A stretch of DNA of 64,000 nucleotides from a virus. The stretch lies in the IMG/VR virus record IMGVR_UViG_3300046323_000360, positions 1 through 64,000 of that record, one strand, 5' to 3'. Made by a program: the position numbers and the translations under genes. Of this stretch, positions 9,182-18,909 are shown one piece after another; within the stretch, counting starts at the first letter, position 1, and every line of letters starts with the position of its first letter. The notes under the pieces are model-generated. The model was given only the letters and a program-made list of their open reading frames with translations. It did no database searches and was not told the origin of the DNA.

Positions 9182-10181
9182 AAGTCAGAGCCTCCATAAT
9201 CAAATCTTCAACTACAGCTTTTGGAGTGCGTAGAATAAACGCTGCGTTATCCTGGAAGCCAAAACTAATTAATAGATCATCGCCGTACTTAGCAGCTCCA
9301 GCAACAAACTCAATCTTGGCATCTAAAAAACTAAATGCTTTTGGAGATAGTCCAACCATATTGAACTGTTCATCCCACACAACTAAGCGGTGACGATATA
9401 GACCATCTTTCTGATCTAGGTAGTTCTTAGACAAGAATACCTCATGCGTGATGGCAATATATACATTCCCCCACTTAACTACCTGAGACCCACCCCTTTG
9501 ATCATTTGGAACCTGAGCAGTCTGTACAACTGATACCTGTTCGCAACGAGCAGGTAGATCCGGGTAAGTTCTAACTACTTCAGTTGGAGATGTCCACTTT
9601 ACAAAGTGATACGGCTGATCAAGAATAGGCATCCAGTTCTTCTCGCAATAAGAGCCATCTCCTAGAGGAGCAGGAATACGAATTCTTGATATTTCTTTTG
9701 CAGTTCCAGACACATTATCGAACTCAATCTCGCTGAGTTCCATACGACCTTCGCCGCTAGGTTTAGTGTCACGACGCACGCCAATAATGTAGTACTTATC
9801 TTCCCATTTTACTAGGCGGCAATCTTCTTCTCCAGTAAATTCCCACACTGGAGGGGTATCTAACTTAGAAGTATCAACTAGGGCGTAGTCCGTGATAGAA
9901 AGGTTCTCGTCTAGTCTGCAGATGTAGTTAGTTGTACGGAGAGCCTGGTCTTGCTCCGGGTGAAGATAAGAAAGCGGGCCCCAGCGACTAGGGAATCTTT
10001 GACTATTCTCTGAGTGATATAAGGTGTAATTTACGTGACGTAGGTTTACAAGAATTGAACCATCATCATCTACAAATACGGAAGGGTTCATCAACCCAGT
10101 ACCAGATGTAAGACCCTCGGAAAGAACTAGAGGTGCTAATTTACCGCCATATTGAACGGCTTTCTGAACAAGATTAACCAT
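9171..10181 (-). CDS. Glycosidase/phosphorylase-like 5-bladed beta-propeller (GH130/GH43-like)
   Basis: NPSV, GEEDCRL, EKNWMP, RGGSQ, EFVAG and ISFGFQD motifs typical of this propeller family. Confidence 0.7.
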   Translation of the reverse strand: MVNLVQKAVQYGGKLAPLVLSEGLTSGTGLMNPSVFVDDDGSILVNLRHVNYTLYHSENSQRFPSRWGPLSYLHPEQDQALRTTNYICRLDENLSITDYALVDTSKLDTPPVWEFTGEEDCRLVKWEDKYYIIGVRRDTKPSGEGRMELSEIEFDNVSGTAKEISRIRIPAPLGDGSYCEKNWMPILDQPYHFVKWTSPTEVVRTYPDLPARCEQVSVVQTAQVPNDQRGGSQVVKWGNVYIAITHEVFLSKNYLDQKDGLYRHRLVVWDEQFNMVGLSPKAFSFLDAKIEFVAGAAKYGDDLLISFGFQDNAAFILRTPKAVVEDLIMEALTYEF

Positions 10182-10368
10182 TCAATAAGTATACCAACTA
10201 CATACTATTTTTTGGTCAAACTATGAGTAGTCTCACACTCTCTAGCTAGCGATGGTACTACATAAAATATGTTACATGTACTGCAAGTATGACTGCTAGA
10301 GATTGTATTTTGCACTTATGACCTATCGATGTCTGTTTGGACTCCGTAGTCAATTATCCCACAGCTAT

Positions 10369-11127
10369 CTAGTCATTATTTTGAACTTTATTAGCTATTT
10401 CTTGCTTTAGCAGTAATGATGCAGCCATAGAACCAGCAAAAGTATAGTCGCCAATATGAGTAATACGAATCCATGGAGCTACCCAGATATCATTACCTAG
10501 TTTTCTCCACATATCGCAGAAGTTATAGTCTTCAGACAGTAAGACACTATATTTTTCATCAATTGAAGTTGTAAAGTACTCTACAATGTCAACACCCATT
10601 TGGTTACTATTAATAGTATTACCTTTATATGTTTTACATAGTGGCTTAAGTTTTTCAAAAACGTGACGTTTTATTGCAACTAATCCAGTACCTACTGCTC
10701 TAACTTTAAAAGGCTCGTTCAAACGAATATCAGCCGACTCTTCTAAAGTATTTATTGCATAAAATCCAGTATACAATTCTAGATTTTCTTTACCAGCTAA
10801 AGCAGCTTGGCGTACTTCTTCCCAGTTAATTGCTTTCATAGGGGGAATAGCACCAATAATATCTTTATCTGATTCAAGCATTTTAATGATATCTTCTGCT
10901 ACAAATCCATGATCAGCATCGATGAATAGGAGCACATCAAAATCGGTTTCAAGAAATGAATGTGTAAGCGTATTTCTTGCCCTAGTTATGAGGCTTTCAT
11001 TGGAAATAGTGCCTACAGTAGATTGATGTCCCAATCTAGCTAGCTCTAGTATTAAATTTTGTATACCTATCATGTAGGCAGATTTAGCATTTCCACCGTA
11101 CATCGGAGTGGCAATAAAAACTTTCAT
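10369..11127 (-). CDS. Glycosyltransferase (GT-A fold, GT2-like)
   Basis: Likely start is the ATG at 11127 (MKVFIATPMYGG). Motifs: ESLITRARN, FIDAD (DxD), GTGLVAIKR, LSEDYNFC, HIG. Confidence 0.85.
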   Translation of the reverse strand: MKVFIATPMYGGNAKSAYMIGIQNLILELARLGHQSTVGTISNESLITRARNTLTHSFLETDFDVLLFIDADHGFVAEDIIKMLESDKDIIGAIPPMKAINWEEVRQAALAGKENLELYTGFYAINTLEESADIRLNEPFKVRAVGTGLVAIKRHVFEKLKPLCKTYKGNTINSNQMGVDIVEYFTTSIDEKYSVLLSEDYNFCDMWRKLGNDIWVAPWIRITHIGDYTFAGSMAASLLLKQEIANKVQNND

Positions 11128-11140
11128 ACAAAAAAGTATA

Positions 11141-13741
11141 CTAGAAATTCCTAGCAAAACGGTTGATAGTGTTCCAATCAACTTCCGAACTCTCTACTGC
11201 GCGTGGCATCAAAGAGAACCCTTGAATAGTTGCACGTGAACCCTGACCATCAATTTGAAGACCACGGTCAGAGAGCTTACGCTGGAATGCAATCTGAGTC
11301 ATAGCACGCTCACCGCGTTCTTCACTCCAAGCACGATAGATAGAATATAGAGCCTTAACACTTAGGGCTGCACCCTCAGATTGATTGGTTTCTTCTTCTA
11401 GGAATGTTCCGATGCGGTCTTCATTCTTACGATAGATATCAGATGCTTCACGAACAGCAGAGCACCAACCAAGAGGATCACGAGCACTAGAGTTTAGATA
11501 CTTGATTGCACCTTCCACAGCCCACGCTAGAACAGCTGGAAGGCCACCCTCTGGGTCAACCAGATAAGCCTTCAAATCTGGGTCCGGCTTTTCAGCTACA
11601 TTAGACCAAGGAATTGGACGTAGACGACGCCACATAGCATCATCGTTAATGATAGGGCGGTGGTTTGTTGTAATCCAAAGCTTACCTTGAGCCCTAAAGC
11701 TAAATGGTTCTCCACCCGGATTACGTCCGTTTAGAGTGGATGAACCAGTAAGAGCCTTAACCTGATTTTCATTAATACGCTCAGATTCTGGAAGCTCGTC
11801 CACCCAGATCATACGCTTACCACGAAGCGAAGCCATGTAGTATTCACTTGAAGACTTTACAACTCCACTACTATTAGCAGCCAACTCCTGAGACGGCAAC
11901 GTTCCTGCATACTGTTCAGATCCGAGAGCTTCAAAGATAGTCTCAACAAATGTGTTCTTACCAGAACCTGCTGGACCATAGACAAGGAATAGGACATCCT
12001 GATTACTCAGACCAGTAAGTGTGTAGCCAACCGCACGCTGAATCCACTCTTGAAGTTCTTTATCTCCACCGGTAGCAAAGTCAATGAATTCAGACCAACG
12101 GATATTACGGACACCTGGACTATAGCTGACAGGGGTACGTTTTGTAATATATAGCTCTGGCTTACCTTGAAGAAGTTCTCCAGTGCGCAGATCAATCACA
12201 CCGTTATTCACGCCCAGAAGATGAGCATCCCCATCCCAACGTTCAATCGGTGCTTGGATGCGGGGATCCGAGTTAGCGCTCTTAATGGTATTGCCAATAC
12301 GAGTATTTGACTTAGCCTGGTTAGCCCATTTAATCAAATCAATCTTTACTTGCTGCTCATCTTCAGCGTAGTTAGCGACCTCACTTGCAATTACGGGAGC
12401 AATGCGCTTAGCAAGTTCCTGCATTTCCAGGCTCTCTTGGTCAGGCTTCCAATAAGTGCCGTCCCAGTGGAACCAACCTAGATTTGGGGTATAACGAATA
12501 GCAGAGCCATAAGTATCTACGAGGCGACGACCATTACCTACATCAGTAAGCGAACGACGACCTGGAGTTCCACCATCATCTTCGCTAACTGCGTCAACAT
12601 CTTTTGGTAGATCTAGATTTCCATTGCTAACTGCATTGGATATAGATACACCACTCTCAACGAGACGAGTAATTGCATTAGCGACTCGGCCACTCTGAGC
12701 TTGTTGCTGCATTGCAGCAGTGGTTTCTTCCTGAGATTGCTGAGCCCAACGCTGACCTTGCTCCCATTCGCTGAGACCGCCCCACATGCGATCAGTCTTA
12801 GGGTTTTCAGCAACAAAATCCAGAGCACGGGTAGTGTGCATCATCAGAGAGTTTGGACCTTCTACCTCCATAGGAGGGCGAACCATTTCGTGGTTGAAGC
12901 GAAGCATTAGAGACTCAACAGCTAGGCGACCCTTAGAGTCAGTACCAAACTTATTTGCTAGAGCACAGGCAAGCTGATAGATACCAACAGCTCGATTACC
13001 CTCTTCAATACCCTCGTCAAGAATTTTATCTACGTCTACTTTTTCACCAGCAAACTCTAGATCAGATAACCAATCCCATTCGCCATTAGATAAGCTTGCA
13101 GTCTTGCGAGAACGCTTGCGTAGGGCAGCAAGGAGTTCTTCTGGGGCTTCAGCCATCTCCATCTCCCATGGAGCATGCCCAGGCTTCCAGTCATAGGTAG
13201 TACCAGAGAAGTGGCGAGACGGAGCAATAAGCACATAACCGTTGTGCTTGATATCGATGCCCTTCATACCCTCGCTAGAGAGATTTCCGAGAAGCTTTTC
13301 TGAAGGATCTACTTTGTAATAGAGGTGGCGTCCGCGTGTTACCTTACCGCCAGAAGAGTACTCTCCGGTCTGGGCCTCAACTGTAGGAGGTAGTGCACCC
13401 TGTACACGCTCTTCAAATTTGATAAATGACTCGTCTCCACCAGAGCGAGGATCAATATCAATAACTAAAAATCCAGATGGCTGACAAAAAACACCAATGT
13501 TGTAGTCCGGGTTTTGAGTCCACCACTGCTCTACTTTGGAATCATCGCTAGTAGCTTCAGAGTTCCAAGCGTTTACCGCAGGGTGCTTACCAACATCTTT
13601 AGGTTCCTTGTGTGGACCATTGCAGGTACAGCGACCACCATCAATAATTCCCTGACAAGGCATGACTTTCCAGCCCTGATTGGCATACCACACGGCTGCC
13701 CTACCGAGCTTGCCATTTCCTGCTGTCTCCCAAGCTGCCAT
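11141..13741 (-). CDS. Bifunctional primase-polymerase fused to D5/P4-type SF3 helicase
   Basis: N-terminal Prim-Pol (CTC..H, GKHP, NIG, VIDIDPR, GRHLYY). C-terminal D5_N and helicase with Walker A GPAGSGKNT, Walker B WVDE, TNHRP and AMWRR. Confidence 0.9.
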   Translation of the reverse strand: MAAWETAGNGKLGRAAVWYANQGWKVMPCQGIIDGGRCTCNGPHKEPKDVGKHPAVNAWNSEATSDDSKVEQWWTQNPDYNIGVFCQPSGFLVIDIDPRSGGDESFIKFEERVQGALPPTVEAQTGEYSSGGKVTRGRHLYYKVDPSEKLLGNLSSEGMKGIDIKHNGYVLIAPSRHFSGTTYDWKPGHAPWEMEMAEAPEELLAALRKRSRKTASLSNGEWDWLSDLEFAGEKVDVDKILDEGIEEGNRAVGIYQLACALANKFGTDSKGRLAVESLMLRFNHEMVRPPMEVEGPNSLMMHTTRALDFVAENPKTDRMWGGLSEWEQGQRWAQQSQEETTAAMQQQAQSGRVANAITRLVESGVSISNAVSNGNLDLPKDVDAVSEDDGGTPGRRSLTDVGNGRRLVDTYGSAIRYTPNLGWFHWDGTYWKPDQESLEMQELAKRIAPVIASEVANYAEDEQQVKIDLIKWANQAKSNTRIGNTIKSANSDPRIQAPIERWDGDAHLLGVNNGVIDLRTGELLQGKPELYITKRTPVSYSPGVRNIRWSEFIDFATGGDKELQEWIQRAVGYTLTGLSNQDVLFLVYGPAGSGKNTFVETIFEALGSEQYAGTLPSQELAANSSGVVKSSSEYYMASLRGKRMIWVDELPESERINENQVKALTGSSTLNGRNPGGEPFSFRAQGKLWITTNHRPIINDDAMWRRLRPIPWSNVAEKPDPDLKAYLVDPEGGLPAVLAWAVEGAIKYLNSSARDPLGWCSAVREASDIYRKNEDRIGTFLEEETNQSEGAALSVKALYSIYRAWSEERGERAMTQIAFQRKLSDRGLQIDGQGSRATIQGFSLMPRAVESSEVDWNTINRFARNF

Positions 13742-13795
13742 TACGGGGTCACCTCAACGTCATTCATAAAACTCTCCACATGCCTATAGACGACC

Positions 13796-13824
13796 AGCAT
13801 ACATAAAAATGCCTGGACGTGCAA
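13796..13824 (-). promoter_or_regulatory. Sigma-A/70-like promoter upstream of the primase
   Basis: On the minus strand: TTGCAC-N17-TATGCT. Confidence 0.55.
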
Positions 13825-13952
13825 ATTTAACTCAAAATTTGAACTATTCATCCAAGCCAGAGCTAACGGCTAGTCACAATAGGATTCCCTATTTATAGGG
13901 TAAAATATTAGAAAGCAAACCTAACTACTTCCCGTAAAGAATATTATAGAGC

Positions 13953-14285
13953 ATGCCAGCAGACCTCATTCTCACAATCGCCGCAGTTATAACAGCAGTT
14001 GGCGTAATAATTGCAGCACTAGCTGCCATATATAGATTCGTAAAAAAAATTAGCGACTCTATTGGTGTAGATAGTAAGGGTAGAACTCTTGCAGAACGTC
14101 TTGACCGAGTAGAGCACCAGCTATGGGAAAACGGCGGAAGCTCGTTAGCGGATCGTGTAAACCTAATAAATGACCAAACCATAAAGACAGCAACTGAAGT
14201 AGACTTTATAAAGACAATACTAATAAATTCCAATACTTCACAGGTAGAAGTAGTCAAGAAAACAAGAGTGAGAAAAGCTAGCTAA
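13953..14285 (+). CDS. Single-pass membrane protein (holin-like/lysis-associated)
   Basis: N-terminal TM helix, NGGSSLADRV motif common in actinophage membrane proteins, basic C-terminus. Confidence 0.6.
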   Translation: MPADLILTIAAVITAVGVIIAALAAIYRFVKKISDSIGVDSKGRTLAERLDRVEHQLWENGGSSLADRVNLINDQTIKTATEVDFIKTILINSNTSQVEVVKKTRVRKAS

Positions 14286-14342
14286 CACTATAAATATGTA
14301 GTAGCATATTAAATGACGTATTGACATACTAAGGAGTTACCT

Positions 14343-14606
14343 ATGTCGCTCTCTGACAAATTGAAGTCCGCCCAGAGTGAAGCTGTAAACCAAGTCTGTG
14401 TACTAGGAAAGCTTCTATCAGGAAGTAAGCTGTCTAACTCAGATAAGCAAAACTTAATCAATATCTTAGACATCCCACTAGATAGCCCCTCTAGAGTCCC
14501 TAACGCCGAGCTAGGCAGGATTCTACGTGAAGAGGGGTATGATATTAGTAATAGCAGTATTGACCGTCATAGGCGCGGAGACTGCCGTTGTCGGGAGAGC
14601 AAATAA
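14343..14606 (+). CDS. Small hypothetical protein (HTH-like, C-terminal HRRGDCRC)
   Basis: AAGGAG SD; coupled to the downstream phosphoesterase. Confidence 0.7.
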   Translation: MSLSDKLKSAQSEAVNQVCVLGKLLSGSKLSNSDKQNLINILDIPLDSPSRVPNAELGRILREEGYDISNSSIDRHRRGDCRCRESK

Positions 14607-15805
14607 TGGGACTATCTGAAAAGCTAGAAAATCTAGCAAAAGCTGGAACTTCTGGTTCAGACATCAAGTCAATGAATATCCCGGAGGATTGGCGTCCTCG
14701 TATGGACGTTGATGATGCTAAAGGTGGCTTTGTAATATCTAAGCCACGTCCCTCTTCAGAAATCCCTGATGCTGCTGGTGTATTAGAGGAATTTGGACTA
14801 GACCCTCGCGAGTGGACCGTGGCTTCAATGCGTCGCGGTAAGTGGCAGAAATATGATGGCGAATTCCTAGAATCAGTACGAGTAAACCTTATACCAGCTG
14901 TAAATAACTATGGACAGCAGCTAGATGCCGAGAAGCTAATTGATGAAGTCAAGAAGTGGCGTCCAGAGCGTGGCATTAAGCAGCGTACCGGCAATGGGTC
15001 ATTTGTGGTCGCACCTAGCGATCAACAGATTGGTAAGAAGGCTCAGGGGCAGGGAACTCAGCAGACTACCAATAGGCTACTCTCTCTAACCGAGAAGGCA
15101 GTTCAGCGTTACGAAGGTCTATCCAAAATGGGGTTGAACCTGGGAACAATCACTCTTGCTCTCCCTGGTGACCACGTCGAGGGTAACGTCTCTCAGAATG
15201 GACGTCTACAGGGCCAAGCTGCATCTGATCTCGGAATTACAGAGCAAGTTCGTGTTGCTCGTCGTCTTTTGATGGCTCAGATTAAGTCTCTAGCTCCACT
15301 AGCCGAGAATATGATTGTTGCCGTTGTAAATGGAAACCACGATGAGGTAACTCGTCAGGTTGCTGCTGATCCAGCTGACGGTTGGAATGTTGAGATTGCT
15401 GCTGCAGTTCAAGATGCCTGTGCCGAGAACCCTGCTCTACAGCATGTTCAGTTTCGTTTTCCAGACAGTGGGCATCAGACTCTAGTAGTAAATGTGTGCG
15501 GAACCTACCTTGGACTATTCCACGGGCACCAGGGTGCAAAAGACCCTATGAAGTATTTGTCTGGTCAGGCTGCTGGACAGACTGCACTTGGTCTAGCAGA
15601 TGTTTGGTTATCCGGGCATTACCACAACTATCGTACAATGGATATTGGTAGTCGTTTCTGGGCACAGTGTCCAACAATTGACCCTGGCAGTGAGTGGTAC
15701 CGCGACTTTTCGGGTATGGAATCAAACCCTGGGCTATTGAATATGGTTATTGGTGCTGGATATGATCCACGCGAGTTTATTAGCGTATTGCCTGTAGATA
15801 AGTAA
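14606..15805 (+). CDS. Calcineurin-like metallophosphoesterase (Mre11/SbcD-like nuclease family)
   Basis: Start ATG at 14606 (TAATG). Motifs: SDQQIGK, GDHVEG, GNHDE, FHGH, GHYH. Confidence 0.85.
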   Translation: MGLSEKLENLAKAGTSGSDIKSMNIPEDWRPRMDVDDAKGGFVISKPRPSSEIPDAAGVLEEFGLDPREWTVASMRRGKWQKYDGEFLESVRVNLIPAVNNYGQQLDAEKLIDEVKKWRPERGIKQRTGNGSFVVAPSDQQIGKKAQGQGTQQTTNRLLSLTEKAVQRYEGLSKMGLNLGTITLALPGDHVEGNVSQNGRLQGQAASDLGITEQVRVARRLLMAQIKSLAPLAENMIVAVVNGNHDEVTRQVAADPADGWNVEIAAAVQDACAENPALQHVQFRFPDSGHQTLVVNVCGTYLGLFHGHQGAKDPMKYLSGQAAGQTALGLADVWLSGHYHNYRTMDIGSRFWAQCPTIDPGSEWYRDFSGMESNPGLLNMVIGAGYDPREFISVLPVDK

Positions 15806-15807
15806 AA

Positions 15808-16254
15808 TTATTTTTTACTCTGCTGAGCATGGTAGGCATCTACTGCATTTGCACTAGTTCTACTCTGCCAACTAAAGTTGCAGTCCAGACACTCTACAAC
15901 TCTCATGGTCGCCCATCTGCCTACAACTGGACGCTCTACGGTTTTTGTAACTAATTTACTAGTCTTGGCTCTACAGTACGGGCATAGAGGAAATCTTTTA
16001 TGCCGCATCTCCTGACCCTCCCAGTTTATTGAGAGAGTCCTACGTATCTTCTTATAGCTAAGCCCACCCCATACTCCCCAGGTTTGCTTGGACTCTAATG
16101 CCCACTTTAGACATTCTGCTCTAACAGGACATTCTTCGCATATGCTCAGTACTTTATTAACTTTTGAAGCTTTATTAGCAAAAAAGTCATTTATATGTTC
16201 AGAATTTTCTGGTTTACTGCACTCAGCGTCTTCGTGCCAATCTAGATTATCCAT
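15808..16254 (-). CDS. whiB: WhiB-family Fe-S transcription factor with extra C-terminal Zn ribbon
   Basis: C-x(n)-CEEC-x5-C plus GVWGG; followed by CPYC...CLDC. Confidence 0.9.
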   Translation of the reverse strand: MDNLDWHEDAECSKPENSEHINDFFANKASKVNKVLSICEECPVRAECLKWALESKQTWGVWGGLSYKKIRRTLSINWEGQEMRHKRFPLCPYCRAKTSKLVTKTVERPVVGRWATMRVVECLDCNFSWQSRTSANAVDAYHAQQSKK

Positions 16255-16607
16255 TAAAAATCAGATACCTCTACAAAAGTAACTGGTCTAACTAGATTAA
16301 GCTCTACTTCATCACTGTTAAAACCACTACCATCAGATATCTCTGGATTTATTTCTTCCGGATCATCAAAATGTACTCCAATATATCCAGTAGTAATATT
16401 ACTATGACTAATCATTTGAAATCCCTGAGCCAGAGACAAGGCAATACCATCTCTCTGTAGTGAAGATGCTAGAGCTCTTCTGACTGTCTCATTTTCAAGA
16501 TCTACGTGTTCCTCTGTGTAATAAATAGCTACACTTCCACGCTCAAAGCTAGAGGTATCGCCTTCCCAGGTATACCAAAGTGACTCGCCAATTCTTGAAT
16601 CTTTCAT
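16254..16607 (-). CDS. Hypothetical protein
   Basis: 117-aa ORF, leaderless promoter upstream, coupled to whiB. Confidence 0.7.
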   Translation of the reverse strand: MKDSRIGESLWYTWEGDTSSFERGSVAIYYTEEHVDLENETVRRALASSLQRDGIALSLAQGFQMISHSNITTGYIGVHFDDPEEINPEISDGSGFNSDEVELNLVRPVTFVEVSDF

Positions 16608-16665
16608 ATAAAGATTCTATATTGTAGTGTAGAAAAATTATTACTATATACCGTAAATTACAAAT

Positions 16666-17154
16666 TTACACGGGCCATACATAATCATACGTTTCTGGGC
16701 ATTTTCCAGAGTCCTCAGGCCATTTAAACTGCGAGTACCATTCGTAATCTTTATTAAGAAGTGCCATACGATGACTAGAAGCAATATTTTTAAAAGTTCC
16801 AGAGTTAGACATCCAAGCAGGTAACACGGCTGGGCCTGTAACTAAATCTAACTCATAGGCACGCATAATAGTTGCCTTAGCTTTATCACCAATAGTGGAC
16901 TTATAGCCGCGGCGCTTCCATTCGGTTACCATAGCTTGAATGTAGTTGTATAAGGTGACTTCGTGACCACGCCACATCTTTACAGCTGGATGATTTACCC
17001 AGCCTTTAGGAGTACGGTGCTCACCCTGAGGATCTAGCTCAAGTAGGGTCATTAGGATCTGCCAGCCTTCTAGGGCTTGCTTGTTGAGACGGGCACGATC
17101 TAGCGTGCGAGCAATGTCGTCAAAAGACGAAGTAAGCGGTACAAATGTTTGCAT
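16666..17154 (-). CDS. Pyrimidine-dimer DNA glycosylase / MSMEG_6728-like protein
   Basis: MQTFVP...LDRARLNKQALE, HPAVKMWRG, SHRMALL and YVWP motifs. Confidence 0.8.
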   Translation of the reverse strand: MQTFVPLTSSFDDIARTLDRARLNKQALEGWQILMTLLELDPQGEHRTPKGWVNHPAVKMWRGHEVTLYNYIQAMVTEWKRRGYKSTIGDKAKATIMRAYELDLVTGPAVLPAWMSNSGTFKNIASSHRMALLNKDYEWYSQFKWPEDSGKCPETYDYVWPV

Positions 17155-17160
17155 ATAAAC

Positions 17161-17189
17161 ACTGTACCGCTTACTTATGAATCTGTCAA
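17161..17189 (-). promoter_or_regulatory. Near-consensus sigma-A promoter driving a leaderless transcript
   Basis: TTGACA-N17-TACAGT-N6-ATG(17154). Confidence 0.8.
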
Positions 17190-17192
17190 ATA

Positions 17193-17450
17193 TTAAAGAG
17201 AATATGTTGTAGTGGTTGAAGGTGGACGTACAACCGAGTTCTTAAGATTAGCCTGAGCAGTAATCTCATAGAGATTATCTCCGCTAGCAGCTGTTTCTTC
17301 AAACTTATTATTTACTGACAGCTCTAGATCAAGCATAGCCTTGCAATCTTCTACAGATACATCTAGAAACTTTGCAGCCTCTACGTAAACAGATTCCTTA
17401 GCTTCACCTAAATTATTTGCATAAGTTGTCAACTTGAAATGTACACGCAT
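17193..17450 (-). CDS. Hypothetical protein
   Basis: 85-aa ORF coupled (TAATG) to the upstream gene. Confidence 0.65.
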   Translation of the reverse strand: MRVHFKLTTYANNLGEAKESVYVEAAKFLDVSVEDCKAMLDLELSVNNKFEETAASGDNLYEITAQANLKNSVVRPPSTTTTYSL

Positions 17451-17878
17451 TACCTAATCCTCTTTTCTAGCTTATACGGGGAGTAGTGGACGCCGTTAAG
17501 CTCTGGACTCTTACCATCAGTTGATTTAAAGATTACATCTCCATAGCGAACAGCAATAACCTTTCCACGACGTCCGTTATGCATAATTCCAGCTTTATCT
17601 GAGAAGGCATCGAACAGCACACGTACTTCATCGCCAACTGTGATATTTCCAGGCTGCAAAGGAATCCACACTTCATTGATTGGACTAGCTGGAGCTACTG
17701 CAGGCTTACCTAGTGCAAGTTTGCTAAATAGTTCTATAGCTTCCTCAGCCATCTTAGGGCTAAGCTTAGACATCTGCTCCCATGTTTCGAGTAGCTTTAG
17801 TACTGCTGTGCCAGAACCTACTTTTGCTTTTGCTTCCTCTAGTTGCTGCCTAACCCATTCATAATTAACTTCAGGCAT
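17450..17878 (-). CDS. Hypothetical protein with C-terminal SH3/KOW-like region
   Basis: ITVGDEVRV...HNGRRGKVIAVRYGDV motif. Confidence 0.65.
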   Translation of the reverse strand: MPEVNYEWVRQQLEEAKAKVGSGTAVLKLLETWEQMSKLSPKMAEEAIELFSKLALGKPAVAPASPINEVWIPLQPGNITVGDEVRVLFDAFSDKAGIMHNGRRGKVIAVRYGDVIFKSTDGKSPELNGVHYSPYKLEKRIR

Positions 17879-17884
17879 TAGCTA

Positions 17885-18898
17885 CTACTCTCCATTCTTT
17901 GTGTATAATTTTTTCATTTGTGAAATCACGTCTTCTTTAGTTCCGATAGATTCTAAATATAGATTCTTTTGCTCTACTGCCAATTCTAGCCTAGCAATAG
18001 GAGACATATCTTCAATCTGATATGGGAGTAAACCCCAAGCATCACCTAGAACGCTTGACTCACGCCATTCTGTAGCTACTGGAGTTCCAGCCAATAAAGA
18101 TTGAACATATCGATGAGACCACCAAGTACCAGAATTCCTATCATTTGGCGGGATTAAAGATCCAATAGACCTAGAAATAAGTTCAAAGACACAAATATCA
18201 TCTGACTTTTTACTAGTCTTCATTAATACAGAAGAATATTTCTGAGACTTAACTGCTGACTTAGCCCATGAATTATTCATACTTAATGCCCATAAATTAT
18301 TTCGATAGTCAGAATCTAAATTCTCATATTTTGCAGCTGAGTATTGATCTAGGTTTAGCCCGGTTAGTGTTGAAATACGTAACCTGCTGCTATCAACTAC
18401 ATCAGTAGCATCCCTCCAGGGTAGCGATGGGTAGATTACATTGCCCCAGTCTTCATTTAGTAGGTAATCTGCTGTACCAGATAGAAGTCCTAGAAATTTA
18501 GAAGCTTTATCGTATTCTTTACGTTTTACGTAGAAATCAGATGATAGATAGTCAGCATTTTTAGCAATAGATGCAAATGCCGTCTTATATTGCCACAGCT
18601 CATGGTGGTCTAGTACGGTGACAAGTTTTGAGGAGCCTTTTAGTAGGCTAATAACCTTAAGTGCACCATAGATGTGGTTAGCACTGATTGCAGTAGGTGG
18701 AACTACACCAACAAAAACCCTGTCATATTGCTCTAGATCATTTTTCTCCCATAGCACGCTTGGCTGAGACCAAACTATTGTCGCATCAGGAAATGAGTCT
18801 TTAAGAGCTAGTTCTAGATTTCCAAAAAAACTTAGATTATTTAGGTGAATAGAACTAGATGAATGCTTAGAAGTCATTCCAGTAAGTAGGAACTTCAT
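17885..18898 (-). CDS. Putative GT-B fold glycosyltransferase
   Basis: N-terminal MKFLLTG Rossmann-like strand and a C-terminal R-Y-V-Q-S-L-x-A-G-T-P-V motif resembling the GT-B C-domain; GAAAGG SD. Confidence 0.5.
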   Translation of the reverse strand: MKFLLTGMTSKHSSSSIHLNNLSFFGNLELALKDSFPDATIVWSQPSVLWEKNDLEQYDRVFVGVVPPTAISANHIYGALKVISLLKGSSKLVTVLDHHELWQYKTAFASIAKNADYLSSDFYVKRKEYDKASKFLGLLSGTADYLLNEDWGNVIYPSLPWRDATDVVDSSRLRISTLTGLNLDQYSAAKYENLDSDYRNNLWALSMNNSWAKSAVKSQKYSSVLMKTSKKSDDICVFELISRSIGSLIPPNDRNSGTWWSHRYVQSLLAGTPVATEWRESSVLGDAWGLLPYQIEDMSPIARLELAVEQKNLYLESIGTKEDVISQMKKLYTKNGE

Positions 18899-18909
18899 AA
18901 GTACCTTTC

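Noticed and set aside
10182-10368. Possible pseudogene or ncRNA between the glycosidase-like and glycosyltransferase genes
   Set aside because: Only very short ORFs and no convincing structure; nothing supportable beyond the -10 box at 10188-10193.
11128-11181. ORF-track starts at 11181, 1622 and 14588
   Set aside because: These overlap upstream genes; better starts are 11127 (leaderless -10 box), 1649 and 14606 (TAATG coupling).
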